DNA from: Eledone cirrhosa
Lineage: Eukaryota
Direction: 5' to 3'
NCBI GenBank assembly: GCA_964016885.1
Contig: OZ024741.1
Span: 184,202,001-184,266,000 of the forward strand
Length of the DNA stretch: 64,000 nt
Made by a program: the position numbers and the translations under genes. Below are positions 13,405 through 25,421 of this stretch, one piece after another (the stretch's first letter is position 1; every line of letters starts with the position of its first letter). The notes below the pieces were generated by a model that did no database searches, was not told the origin of the DNA, and was given only the letters and a program-made list of their open reading frames with translations.

Positions 13405-14868
13405 ATGAAATTAAGATTATATTAGAAGCTAGGAAAACTATAGTCAAATTTGAGAACAGTTATTGGGTACGTAAAGATAGACCCTCTAACTTTGACATAA
13501 CAATGGGCTCTAACGATTCGGCGGAAATAACTGATATTGTGGGGTTATTTATCGCCTTTAGACTCCAGGAAAAATTCAGCAATCTCCACGGCGGAATATA
13601 CCGCGACGATGTTCTCCTCCTAGCTAAAAACCTTAATAACCAAAAACTAGAAAAACTACGCAAAGATATAAGAAAACTACTACTCGAAATAGGACTAACT
13701 ATAACATATGAATACAACCTTAAAGTAGTTAACTTCCTGGATGTCACACTCAATTTAAACTCTGGTTTGATTAAACCGTTTCATAAATTGAATGAAAATC
13801 TCAAATACGTAAATGTTGGGTCTAACCACCCCATCTCTATAATTAAATCTATCCCTAAAAATATTTCCCTTAGAATCTCGGGTCTATCTTCTAACATACA
13901 AGTATTTAAGGAACACGCCGAGTACTACGATAACGCCCTTAGTAAAGCAGGCTACCTCAACAAAATAGAGTACATAGATGGGAACAATCAAAACACCCAA
14001 AATAAATCCCACATAGGTAGATATAATAACACAACACCAAACCACACTCACTACTATAGTATGCACACCAGTAAACCAACAAACAAAACTAATAGAAAGC
14101 GATGCAAAGAGTACTTATGGTATAACCCCGAATACAATAGCTCCATTAGTACAAATTTACCAGTACTCTTCTTTAAAATAATTAAAAGACATTTTCCCAC
14201 ATCACACAAATACCACAAAATCCTAAACCCTACCACTATAAGACTGTCATACTCTACAGCGTTAAACCTTGAACAACACATAAAAAAGATCAATACTAGA
14301 AGGTTAAACGAAAACACTAAGAACTTAAGTACAAAGAACTCAAAAAAAAACAGTAGACAATACACTACAGAACATAAATAAACCACACCTAAGTTCGTCC
14401 GCAATACTACTCCAGAGAAAACCCAACGTACACAACTGTAACTGCACCTATCCTGACAACTGCCCCCTCGGCAATAACTGCCTGGAAAAAAATATTATTT
14501 ATAAGTGTACCATTAAATCCGGAGGCAACGAGTGGTATTACGTGGGATCAACGGCAACATCGTTTAAATCTCGATTGTATAGGCATTCTTACTCAATAAA
14601 ACACCAGAGCCAAAGAAATGTAACAACTTTAGCAGAAAAAGCTTGGACGCTCAGGGATAGCAATCAAAAGTTTACCCTAAAATGGGAAAAATTAGCTAAA
14701 ACCCAAAGCTTTTCCAGGAGCCAAAATTTCTGCAAATTGTGTAATCTTGAGATTTATTACATAATCACACACAAGAAGAAACTGCTGAATAACAGAATTG
14801 AACGAACATTATTCTGCCGTCACAGAACTAAAACCCTTTTTTCCCACTACAAGCCGAATATTACATAA
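13405..14868 (+). pseudogene. 5'-truncated inverted duplicate of the PLE ORF (RT C-half plus GIY-YIG)
   Basis: ORFs 13503-14381 and 14542-14868 translate identically to the minus copy and share the same A9 frameshift at 14342-14350. Confidence 0.92.
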
Positions 14869-15181
14869 AAGAGGGACATCCCCCAACTATATAAACCTTA
14901 ATCTAGTTAGAAAAATATAAAAACAATCTCTTCTCAACATATATTAATAACCTTAAATTACCATACTAATAATGAAAAGATATGCTGATGAGAATAGGTA
15001 CAAATATGCGATAATGAATGTGTCTAAAAACGTCCATAAGTATGTATATATATGTGAAAATGTATATAAATAAGTAAATATATATATATGTTTGATGTGT
15101 ATAGTTAGATGTAAGTGTATTCATGTATTAAAGTGCTTATATATATATATATATGTGTGTGTGTATATGTATATGTGTGTA

Positions 15182-15228
<47 letters not shown>

Positions 15229-15245
15229 ATATGTATATGTGTGTA

Positions 15246-15301
<56 letters not shown>

Positions 15302-15868
15302 TGTGTATGTATGTATGTGTATATGGATGTGTATGTATGTGTATGTGTGTACACATGGACTAGAGTATGTATGTATATATGTGTGTGTCTATACGTGTGT
15401 ATATAAAGATAAGTTGAGTATGAAAATGTATACACATGAGCGCGTATGTATGTACATGAATACATGTGTGTATATATATGTGTATGCATGTGTATATATA
15501 TGTAAGTATGAATATGTGAATTGTGAGTATATGTATTTTGTAGAGGTGTGCAAATATATTTGTGTGTGAATGCGTGGGTGAAAGGATACGTACACTCGAA
15601 AGAAAAATTTAAGTCTGAATGTTAATTAAGTGCAAACACAAAACCAACCACGCATATCTTTACTATCTCTAATCCTTCTATAGATTTAGAAAAATAACCA
15701 ATAATATATTCTATAAAAAATGTCAAAACAACAGATGGGAATCTAATTACTCACTGCCACCAAGAATTCTCACTGCTATCGAAAAACCACTCCTTCAACT
15801 ATTCTTCTAACAACTTCACCCCTCCCTCCTAATATTCTCTATAAAAACTAAATAGGTCCTCAGTAATA

Positions 15869-15985
15869 TTATTCTGATGAAATGACAGTAAATAATAACA
15901 TTGAAATATTGAATGTCTGCATAACTAAAAGTTTGTAGATAGCTGTTTTAGGTTATGTAACTGTTATAGAAACACGTGTCAATAA
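15869..15985 (+). ncRNA. pLTR hammerhead with branched stem II
   Basis: ttatt-CTGATGA-a-atgacagt..(two inner hairpins)..actgttat-a-GAAA-cacgtg-TC-aataa. Predicted cleavage after C15980. Confidence 0.8.
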
Positions 15986-16132
15986 ATTCCTTTCAACTAA
16001 ACTGTATCCATTCAAATCTTTCTATTTTTCTCCGGATTACTTTTGGAACTACAACTGGAACCGTCGAGCAAACTCTACGTGAGCTGATAATCTACTGTGT
16101 GTAATATTTATATTACAACACAACGGAAAATA

Positions 16133-16176
<44 letters not shown>

Positions 16177-16249
16177 GAGCGGAACAAGCCAACATTAAAC
16201 AATCTTTTAAATAAATTAAAATACGATTTAAATATTCACCTGTTTTAGT

Positions 16250-16329
16250 GCTGTGACCGACGGTTTCGCTTCTTAAAAGATTGGAAATTCAGAGAATTTC
16301 CATTGGAAAGAATTAGCTCTTCAGATAGC
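16250..16329 (-). ncRNA. Type I hammerhead
   Basis: gctat-CTGAAGA-gct..hairpin..agc-GAAA-ccgtcgg-TC-acagc; one stem I mismatch. Confidence 0.7.
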
Positions 16330-16602
16330 TATTTCCATGCCACAGGGCACAATGCCTTGTAGTAGGTAAATATATCGCTTTCTGCCCGATGCATGAGGTC
16401 AGGCCGTTAAAGTGACCCACACATAAATAGGCCGTAAGAAAAAGCTGGAATTATAGACTTGTTGAAATTTCATGTTACTAAAAATAGCAGCTCGATACAA
16501 CATTTTTTTATCTACATAGAAGGAGAATACATATAAATGATGTAAATATTCCAGTAGGTACTAAGTACCCACGGAAAGATACATAGTGTCTATAACAGTT
16601 GT

Positions 16603-16644
<42 letters not shown>

Positions 16645-17003
16645 CATTTATTGGCTGACAATTGTTATGTAAGGTGTAATGCAAAGCACGTGATAGAGTT
16701 GGGTATGTGATTTTCATTTAAGTGTTTTTGTGTTGTAGTTCGTGTGTATGTGTATGTGTTACTCACATTTATTAACCATGGGATTATTTTGAGTAGTTTA
16801 TTATCAATAGGTGTTTGTTTGTTAAATGTAAATTCCGCCGAATTACTGGCCATGTTGTTATTTAGGTATATTTTTTTATGCATTATTTATCTACAAATTA
16901 TTTTTTCTAGGGTTTGTATTAGTCGTTATTAAGCTGTTGTAAACGGTTATGTTGCTTAATTAAGCAATATAAGGATTTTAGTTACATGTTTCGACATTCC
17001 TTA

Positions 17004-17049
17004 TGCTCCGAAGATTCCAGACTTCCTTCTAGACAAACAATTGTCACCA
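17004..17049 (+). ncRNA. Degenerate hammerhead-like motif
   Basis: tgct-CCGAAGA-t-tccaga..tctaga-CAAA-caattg-TC-acca. A 3' fragment is repeated inverted at 16640-16666. Confidence 0.4.
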
Positions 17050-17400
17050 AATAAATGTTCTAAACTAAAATTTGATCGTTTTAACACTTTGTATCTCGGC
17101 TTAGTAAAACACTAGAAAATTTGTATTGAGCCGTTTGTCATACTGGTAACCGGCTAGTACTTAGTACTACCCTACATATTTATAGTTATATCAAATATAT
17201 ATAAATATAAATATTCTTATTACTATATATATAGTAATATATGTATAAATAAAACAGAGTAAATTTCGTGTCTAAAATTACGAGGGTAGAGAATTTACCG
17301 TGTTTATTTATACATATATTACTATATAATTGTTTCTACTTTAGGCACAAGGCCAGCAATTAACCAGTACATTACTGGTACTTTATGTTATCGACCTCGT

Positions 17401-17922
17401 AATGCTCAGTATTTATACTTTGAGCTTGTTTAATTGCAGGGTATCAATATGAGTTAATAACTCTGTATTTTATTTGTATTTCGGCTCCCTATCTGGGTGA
17501 GCTTATAAATTGAGTGTAATAAGACTATTATTTCTAGCATAACCCCTCATACCACGTACAGCGTGCAGCCCACAAGGAGCATACTTTTACTCCTCCGGTT
17601 GCTGTTAGATGTGTTTTGTTTCATTTGATCTAATCTCTCGCTGATGATAGCCTACAGATTATCTGTTACAAACACAATTTTCAGGGCGAAACAGATTAAA
17701 TCCCTAATCTGTCCGAGAGGTGAAATGTTTTTGATACGGTCAGTATAAAATTATATCCTACTTTATGTTTAAGATAAAATATTTAAAACATTTGTGGTAT
17801 TCTTTACCCTCGTAATTTTAGACACGAAATTTACTGTTTATTTATAAAATGCTCAGTATTTATACTTTGAGTTTGTTTAATTGCAGGGTATCAATATGAG
17901 TTAATAACTCTGTATTTTATTT
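17401..17922 (+). mobile_element. Non-coding HHR element, 447-nt unit with 75-nt terminal direct repeat
   Basis: 17401-17475 matches 17848-17922; ends in (TA)n; inverted fragment at about 17245-17294; contains a canonical HHR. Confidence 0.75.
17635..17719 (+). ncRNA. Canonical type I hammerhead ribozyme
   Basis: ctctcg-CTGATGA-ta-gcc..ggc-GAAA-cagatta(aatccc)taatctg-TC-cgagag. Stems I and III are perfect. GUC site at 17711-17713. Confidence 0.88.
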
Positions 17923-18161
17923 ATATATATACACATACACATATATATATATATATATACACACACGCATGTATGTGAGTGCATGTGTCTTCATAAATGC
18001 ATTTGTGTGCACATATATTTGCATACATATATACACGCTTATTTTATGTTTATATATATATGTATATGTATATATATATTTAGGGTAGTAGAGTGTGTAA
18101 TATAGGTCAGATCTAGCTCTCGATACGGCCGGAACTCAGCGGTCGGGGTTCTGACTCTTTT

Positions 18162-18253
<92 letters not shown>

Positions 18254-18301
18254 ATATTAATAATATTAATAAAATGGAAAATATCTTAATAACAACATAT
18301 A

Positions 18302-18361
18302 TATTTTATTATACATATTTCAAGGATACTAGATTATAGTATGCTTTCTTCAGATAAAATA
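18302..18361 (-). ncRNA. Type I hammerhead, GAAA-tatrta-TA family
   Basis: tattttat-CTGAAGA-aag.atact..agtat.ctt-GAAA-tatgta-TA-ataaaata. Confidence 0.8.
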
Positions 18362-20670
18362 CAATATTTGGTGTTAAGATATTAAGATACCCAGAGCATA
18401 ACCTTACAACGTAAGCCAACAATGGGTAGTTACATATATATTTCTAGTGTTGTAAGAGTAGTTTGTCTCAATGTTATATTGTACTACAGAATATATCTAT
18501 GTATTGCATAAAGCCAAACCTGTATGTAATACATAGATGTAAACCTTTGTTTCCTCATGGTAATGCTAGATAGTCTTTTTGACAAGTACGGGCTTTATCC
18601 TGCCGGATTTCTATCATCTTTCCTTACCATGTTAGTCTTGTGTGGGTACTTTTGTTTTCGCCGAAAACCCGATCATGTAACATATTATACTCTACTATAT
18701 GTTGCTAGTAGGACTCTCCTTTAACTTGCCCATAATGTATCAATATATTTTAAAGAAACTGATGTAAACATCATGACTTTACGTGAATATTATAGTGGAC
18801 AGCAAAAGAGGGACTAATTAAACTATTTTTAATCCTACGTTGAAAATTCCTCGGTATTGAAATATCACTTTTAAAGTCAGTATTAATAAGGGCTTATGTA
18901 ACTGTGTATTTGATTAATAAATTGATACACCTGTAAATTAGACAATGTTCTCACTGCATATATCCGTAAGTTACATAGTACTCCCATTACATTACGCCCA
19001 TGAATTAGACAATAGTCCCACCACATCCATTCATAAATTGTAAAATTTAGCGCCTCTTATAGAGTGGTATGTGTTATTTAGCAGTAAAGCTAAATTGTTG
19101 TTTTGTTCCAGGTGAAAATTAATGAAGCAGTATAAAATCCAGAATTCTATTAGCCTGGTAACGGTTAGTAAATAGAAGAATTTGATAAGTTCAGTACTTG
19201 TGAGAGGTGTACAATTTAACGTTTCTGTCAGTTACCTTAATTGAACAAACATGCTATTAAATATATTCCAGTCGTGGCCCTCTCGTGTTTTCAATATCAT
19301 GGTTAAAAAGTTAGCCTATATCTCTATCTTATCTCGATTTTATGTGAAAGTACATGACTGCCACTTGGACGGGACGGAAGGTTGATTCACAATTGGTGTT
19401 AATACTCATATTTCAATTAAGTGACTTGGAGTAACATGCAATAAAGTGCCTGGTTAAGGGACGCAACGCACCACCCAATCTTGGAATTGAGCCCCGCTCT
19501 TATGATCGTGAGCCAAACACAGAAACTACTAAGCCGCACACCCTCAAGGAGAGTATAGAATTCAGTGTACTTTTTGTAAGCAGTAAGGTTAAGTTTGAAA
19601 GAGATTTCCTATCTATTTCCGGCAAATTGTGTGACCGTATTGAGGCTCTCTCGTTAAAAACACAGTGACGTTGCATTCAGTGCGTTTGGTATCAAATGTA
19701 TTTATCTCGAACATTCCTAGAAAATTGAAAAATAAATGGACATAAAATGAGTTAATCTGACCGTCGTTAAGTCGTGGTATATTATTACACCGTAACATTA
19801 TGTGAAAATTGTTATATAGAATTTTCGGAAATGAAAGATTATACCTGGCCCCTTAGAGGAAACTTATTCCACGATGGCGTAAATCTACGCCTTTTATTTA
19901 TTTATATATTTATTGAAAACGAAATCCATTCTCGGACATGTCCAAGCAACATCCGATTGCTATTTGCTGTGTTTATCTGGAAATCTAAAAAAGAAAAAAA
20001 ATTGACTTTCATAAGATGAATAATGGCGGATAATGGCGATATTTAAGAATCAATAGTTGTTCTCCAAACAATTGAAATAACTATCGATTTCATTATTTTC
20101 TTTTTGCGTATTTATTTCTAATTATGAGATGAGTTAATTGGTTTTATTTTCGTATGGCTTAGTCAGAAAAATAAGGACAGTGTCCATGACATTTTGCTGG
20201 ACCTCCGAGACCGGTGGAGAGACTGGAAACATGACACGAATGTTTGCAACAGAGTAAGTTGGTCTAAAGCTATCCAAGGGACATATGGCTATGTTTATAG
20301 CCATATAGAGCGATAGATTACGTTTACCACAAATAATTGTTTCTACTTTAGGCACAAGGCCAGCAATTACCCAGTGCATTACTGGTACTTTCTGTTTTCT
20401 ATCCCGTAAGGATGAAAGGCAAAGTCAACCTCGGCGGGTTTCACAAATAATGGGTTCGGTTCACCTTGAAGAGTTACCGCACAGTGAAGGGGCAACCGAA
20501 CTTTACACACATGGCTTGGGTTTATCAAAGGCTACGGAAGAAGACGTTTAGAAAAGATTCTTCGCAAGAGGAACAGAACCGTAATCATTTTATTCAGCCT
20601 CTGTGCCTGGGCATTAAACAATAAATAAATAGATATATAAATGAATAAACGAATGAATAAATAAACAAAT

Positions 20671-20859
20671 AATTGTTTCTACTTTAGGCACAAGGCCAGC
20701 AATTACCCAGTACATTACTGGTACTTTATTTTATCGACCCCGTAAGGATGAAAGGCAAAGTTAACCTCGACGGGATTTGAACTCAGACCGTAAAGGGACG
20801 TAACTATGCTGGAAAGCATGGCGTCCGACTCTCTACCGATACTGCCAATCCACCGCCCT
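20671..20859 (-). mobile_element. tRNA-derived SINE (major family), full length
   Basis: A-box-like ggcggtggattggcag; B-box gagttcaaatccc; central tttcatccttacggggtcgataaaataaagtaccag; TSD aataaataaacaaataat. Partial copies at 17327-17402, 20332-20438, 22667-22741, 31822-31872, 38955-39089 and 39885-39960. Confidence 0.85.
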
Positions 20860-20985
20860 TATAAATAAATAAACAAATAATGCTCCTAACTAATGATAAG
20901 TAATTAACAGGTTTTATAGCCTGAAGTAAGAAACAAATCCAAAGTCTTTAACGGAAAGTAAATATCACATATATACGCACACATG

Positions 20986-21089
<104 letters not shown>

Positions 21090-21104
21090 GACGCTCACAA
21101 ACAA

Positions 21105-21159
<55 letters not shown>

Positions 21160-21417
21160 ATACATTAACAGAGAAAGCTTTCAGCGATACTCTGACCAAC
21201 TCCATCTCACTCAACAAACATTAGGATATACCTGAGTATAATCCCAATTATGTGTTTGGGGTGCTAACTATATAGTATTCTGTGGATAGTTGGTTGTATT
21301 GTGAAACAAAATTAAATAAATCTCTCTTTCTTTCCATACGATCGTTTTGTTATAAGATTTCTACAACGTGGGAGAAATAATATGCAAGTTATGTAGAAAC
21401 TTGTATATAATCCAAAG

Positions 21418-21534
<117 letters not shown>

Positions 21535-22046
21535 TTACATATATAGATACATGCATATATACATAATACACACACACTCATATATATATATATCATATAA
21601 GCTCCCTTCTTTGCTGTGATCCGTCTCTTTTCTCTCCCCTTGATGCTATCCTCTCCCCCCCTCCTCTCTCCTTCTACCTCTTACTTCCGCTCACCCCCTC
21701 TTCTAGTCACCTTTTCTCGGCTAGCCTCCCACTATAACTACCTCTTTCTCGCTTCCTCTTACTTTCACTCACTCCCTCTCTGCTAGTCATCCTCTCTCCG
21801 CTAGCTCACTTCCTCCCTCCTCCGCCACTGTACACAGTCTCTTCTCTCGCTAACACTGCTACAGCTAAGACGTTTCTTTTTTCTCTCTCGTCAAAATTCG
21901 CCAGTTCTTACGTTCGAAATGAGTTGACTCGATATTTTCCTAATTTTCCTCTCTTTACGTTGCTTCATCTTTCATGTCTGTTTACCCCCCCCCCCTCCTT
22001 ATTTTATCCCAATAACTTCTTTTAGTTATTGTTCGCCCTAGGCTGA

Positions 22047-22110
22047 GGTATATTGTCTCTAACGAGAAGAAATACCAATGATTCTTAGTAGACAACTGAC
22101 GAGGATATCC
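22047..22110 (+). ncRNA. Candidate non-circularly permuted hammerhead
   Basis: ggtaT-A-ttgtct ... GAAAtacc ... agacaa-CTGACGA. Stems III and I are in exact register with the core; stem II is not evident. Confidence 0.45.
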
Positions 22111-22909
22111 CTTTCTTTCGCCCGTAACTTTTATTTTTCATTATATATGTATACAGGCACACACACATATATATATATATATATTTGTTATGTGTATTTG
22201 ATGTATACATTCGTATGCGTGCAGATACAGGCGTTGCGTGGGTTCTGTATGTGCGTGCGGGCTAATTTTTATTTTTTTTTAATTCTTGTGTACGTGCGTG
22301 TATTTGTATACATATGGCGAGTGTTTTCGCGTATGCTTGTGTATGTTCGTATATGGGTGCGTGTATTTATTTATTTAATTTCAATTACCTCTGTATATTT
22401 TTTACTTTATTCTTAACTCTGAAGCCGAGAATCATTCGGTTTCCTAGTTAGAATGTTAGTCTACGCCTTCAGTTATACCATTTACGTGGTTTTGTCTTTG
22501 CGCGCAATTGTTCTCCCCGACCCACATATGACGTATTATCTTCGTTTTTTCCGTTCATTGCCAGAGAACGTCTCTATGAACCACCTAATAGAATATTAGT
22601 CTACGACTTCTGTTATACCTTAAACGTGGTTTTGTCTTTGTGTGTAATTGTTTTTCACCGTTTCAAATAATTGTTTCTAATTTAGGCACAAGGCCAGCAA
22701 ATACCCAGTGCATTACGGGTACTTTATTTTATCGACCCCGTAAGGATGAAAGGCAAAGTCAAACGCTACAAATAATGACGTATTATATTCGTTTTATCCC
22801 GTTCTTTGCCAGGGAACGTTTCCACAAACCAAAATATCGTCTTCCTGTCTTCCTCCGGTTGCAACGTTTTTTGAAATATTCACTTCTGCGTTCACAGATT
22901 GATTTTGTT

Positions 22910-22960
22910 AGTTTCAGAAGATCCCGTTAAGAGTGAAAGTAGCGATTCTTTGCTTAAACT
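22910..22960 (+). ncRNA. Hammerhead with CAGAAGA (U4A) core, in a repeated pLTR-like family
   Basis: Family consensus agttt-CAGAAGA-t-ccc..ggg-t-GAAA-gca..tgc-TT-aaact; this copy has two stem substitutions. Other copies at 23160-23209(-), 23284-23334, 34420-34470 and 60320-60370. Confidence 0.65.
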
Positions 22961-22976
22961 TTAATCTGTTATTTTA

Positions 22977-23049
<73 letters not shown>

Positions 23050-23052
<3 letters not shown>

Positions 23053-23358
23053 ATAATAATAAATTTGAAGATTAAAATCCAAAGAGGGCTCGATAAGGAT
23101 AAATATATATCAGATATATAAGAACCGTAGAGCAAATATTTATTAAAATAACAGATTAAAGTTTAAGCAAAGAATGGCTGCTTTCACCCTTAAGGGATTT
23201 TCTGAAACTAACAAAGTCAATCTGTGAACGCAGAAGTGAATACTTTGAAATATTCACTTCCGCGTTCACAGATTGACTTTGTTAGTTTCAGAAGATCCCT
23301 TTAAGGGTGAAAGCAGCGATTCTTTGCTTAAACTTTAATATGTTATTTTAATAAATAT
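23050..23358. mobile_element. pLTR-like fragment with foldback (CAGAAGA family)
   Basis: About 23140-23241 is inverted against about 23250-23358; flanked by (TA)n. Same family as 22775-22980, 34218-34580 and 60185-60383. Confidence 0.75.
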
Positions 23359-23411
23359 ATATATAGTGACGAAACATAAGTCAATTGCATGACACTCATA
23401 ATCCTTTATTT

Positions 23412-23467
23412 ACTGCTATATATATTTCGATGATAGCCATTGAATGGCTATGACCTCATCGGGGAGT
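23412..23467 (-). ncRNA. Hammerhead-like motif (CCGATGA)
   Basis: actcc-CCGATGA-gg..atagccat/atggctat..tc-GAAA-tatata-TA-gcagt. Confidence 0.55.
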
Positions 23468-23807
23468 TAGTCAGTTCTTAGATATGTCAGATCTGTGATT
23501 ATAGTGTTGATGGTATCAGAGCCTTGGGACATATATATATATACATACTATTTTAAAGAACCATAACATATGTAATATGTATAATGAATATGTTTCTCAA
23601 GCGGAATAACTCAATGGCTGTTTTTCCAGAGCATTAATAATTCAAATAAAGAAATATATGTATATAAACATATATCATTAGCGTAAAACATAATATTTTA
23701 TACATATATACATAAAGCATATACTATTTGGGTAAAGTTCCTTCAGGTCGCTGTTTCATAGTTCGTAGAACTAAATATTCATATCTATATTATTAAAAAT
23801 ATTGACA

Positions 23808-24185
23808 AATGAAAAATATTCTCATAATCAAAATATATACTTTATTATATATATTTCAAAGGTACTGTATTGTTTTGTCAGTACGTCTTCATCAGACAAA
23901 ATATATGATTTGATATATGACATACCGCTACGGTCTTGATTATTCAATTCCAGTATTGGCAGTGATTTATTTCATCAAATCTCAACGTATATATACCACA
24001 AATAATATGAAAACTTAAAGAAGAAGAGGACTGCCAATACTGGAATTGAATAATCAAGACCGTAGTGGTATGTCATATATCAAATCATATATTTTGTCTG
24101 ATGAGGACGCACTGAAAAAACAACACAGTACCTTTGAAATATATATAATAAGGTATATATTTTGATTATGAGAATATTTTTCATT
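23808..24185. repeat. Inverted repeat carrying two hammerheads (23840-23901 minus; 24092-24153 plus)
   Basis: Arms 23808-23963 and 24030-24185. Each carries ttttgt-CTGATGA..GAAA-tatata-TA-ataa. Confidence 0.8.
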
Positions 24186-24929
24186 ATTAATATTTTGAAT
24201 AATATTAAAAACTCCAGGAAAACCAACTGTTGAGTGCTTCTAATATATTGTAAAATTGTATTCATTGAGTAATCAACGAATCATACTAATCTTTGGACAT
24301 ATTCATATCTATATATAGACACGTTGCACAATACTATAAATCTGCCCATTTAAAGCTTACCTGGTGGTTAGCAACAATAACACAGACAACGATAAAATTG
24401 CAACAAATCACAAAATACCATAAAATGCATACAAGTATAGAGATATAACCTAAGTCACAAGTAACTAAAGAATAGTATAACATCTAGTGTAATATCTAAA
24501 GCGTATTGACACACTCATATACACTCAGATACACACACGTGTATGTGTGTGTGTATGTGTGTGTATGTGCGTATGTGTGTGTATATGCGCGCGTGTGTGT
24601 GTGTGTTTGAACTCACACACGTACACACATATGTATTAATGTATACTGACGTGCAAGAACAAGATTTTAATATCTAAATACATTACGCAATACAACAAGA
24701 ATATTTATATATATATATATAAATCTATTTGCGACTATCTTATAACGTTATAATACTATTTCAGTCCTTTCGACTATTTCAAAACTATTTCAAAACTATT
24801 AAATTAAAATCGAGAACTGAATATAAGTGAATAGAGAATTCTTCCATTCAATATTACTTTATATTCAACTCTTAAATGGATTTACTTTACAAGTTTTGAA
24901 AAAGAAATGAATCAGGATTATAACTTTGC

Positions 24930-25259
<330 letters not shown>

Positions 25260-25348
25260 TATGAAACGAAAGGAGCTGTGTGGTTACTAAAAACAAGGTT
25301 TACGATGGTGGTTAGGACGGAACAAGAGGAGAAAGGAAGAAAGGAGTT

Positions 25349-25421
25349 TCCATCATCAGCTGTAAATGTTTCCCGAACCGATGTTTCGGCGCTGAATTAC
25401 AGGACATCGGTGTAGTTCGGG
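25349..25421 (-). ncRNA. Candidate non-circularly permuted (pseudoknotted) hammerhead
   Basis: Minus strand: cccgaac-tac-accgatgT-C-ctgtaa-ttcagcg-cc-GAAAcatcggt-tcggg-aaacat-ttacag-CTGATGA-t-gg. Perfect core, 8-bp stem III, 6-bp stem I, 2-bp stem II. Confidence 0.6.

Larger units (their letters stand above)
9847..16138. mobile_element. Penelope-like retroelement (probably Naiad clade): full copy on minus strand plus 5'-truncated inverted copy
   Basis: Arms 9847-12467 and 13405-16025 are mirror images (coordinates sum to 25872). The 31-nt terminus 16110-16140 is repeated inverted at 13376-13406, just upstream of the ATG. Both ends lie in (TA)n. Confidence 0.93.

Noticed and set aside
16079-16140. 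Second hammerhead at the PLE terminus (CTGATAA..hairpin..GAAAA)
   Set aside because: The core has G8A and an extra A, and stem I relies on wobble pairs across the junction. The 15869 motif is a much better fit.
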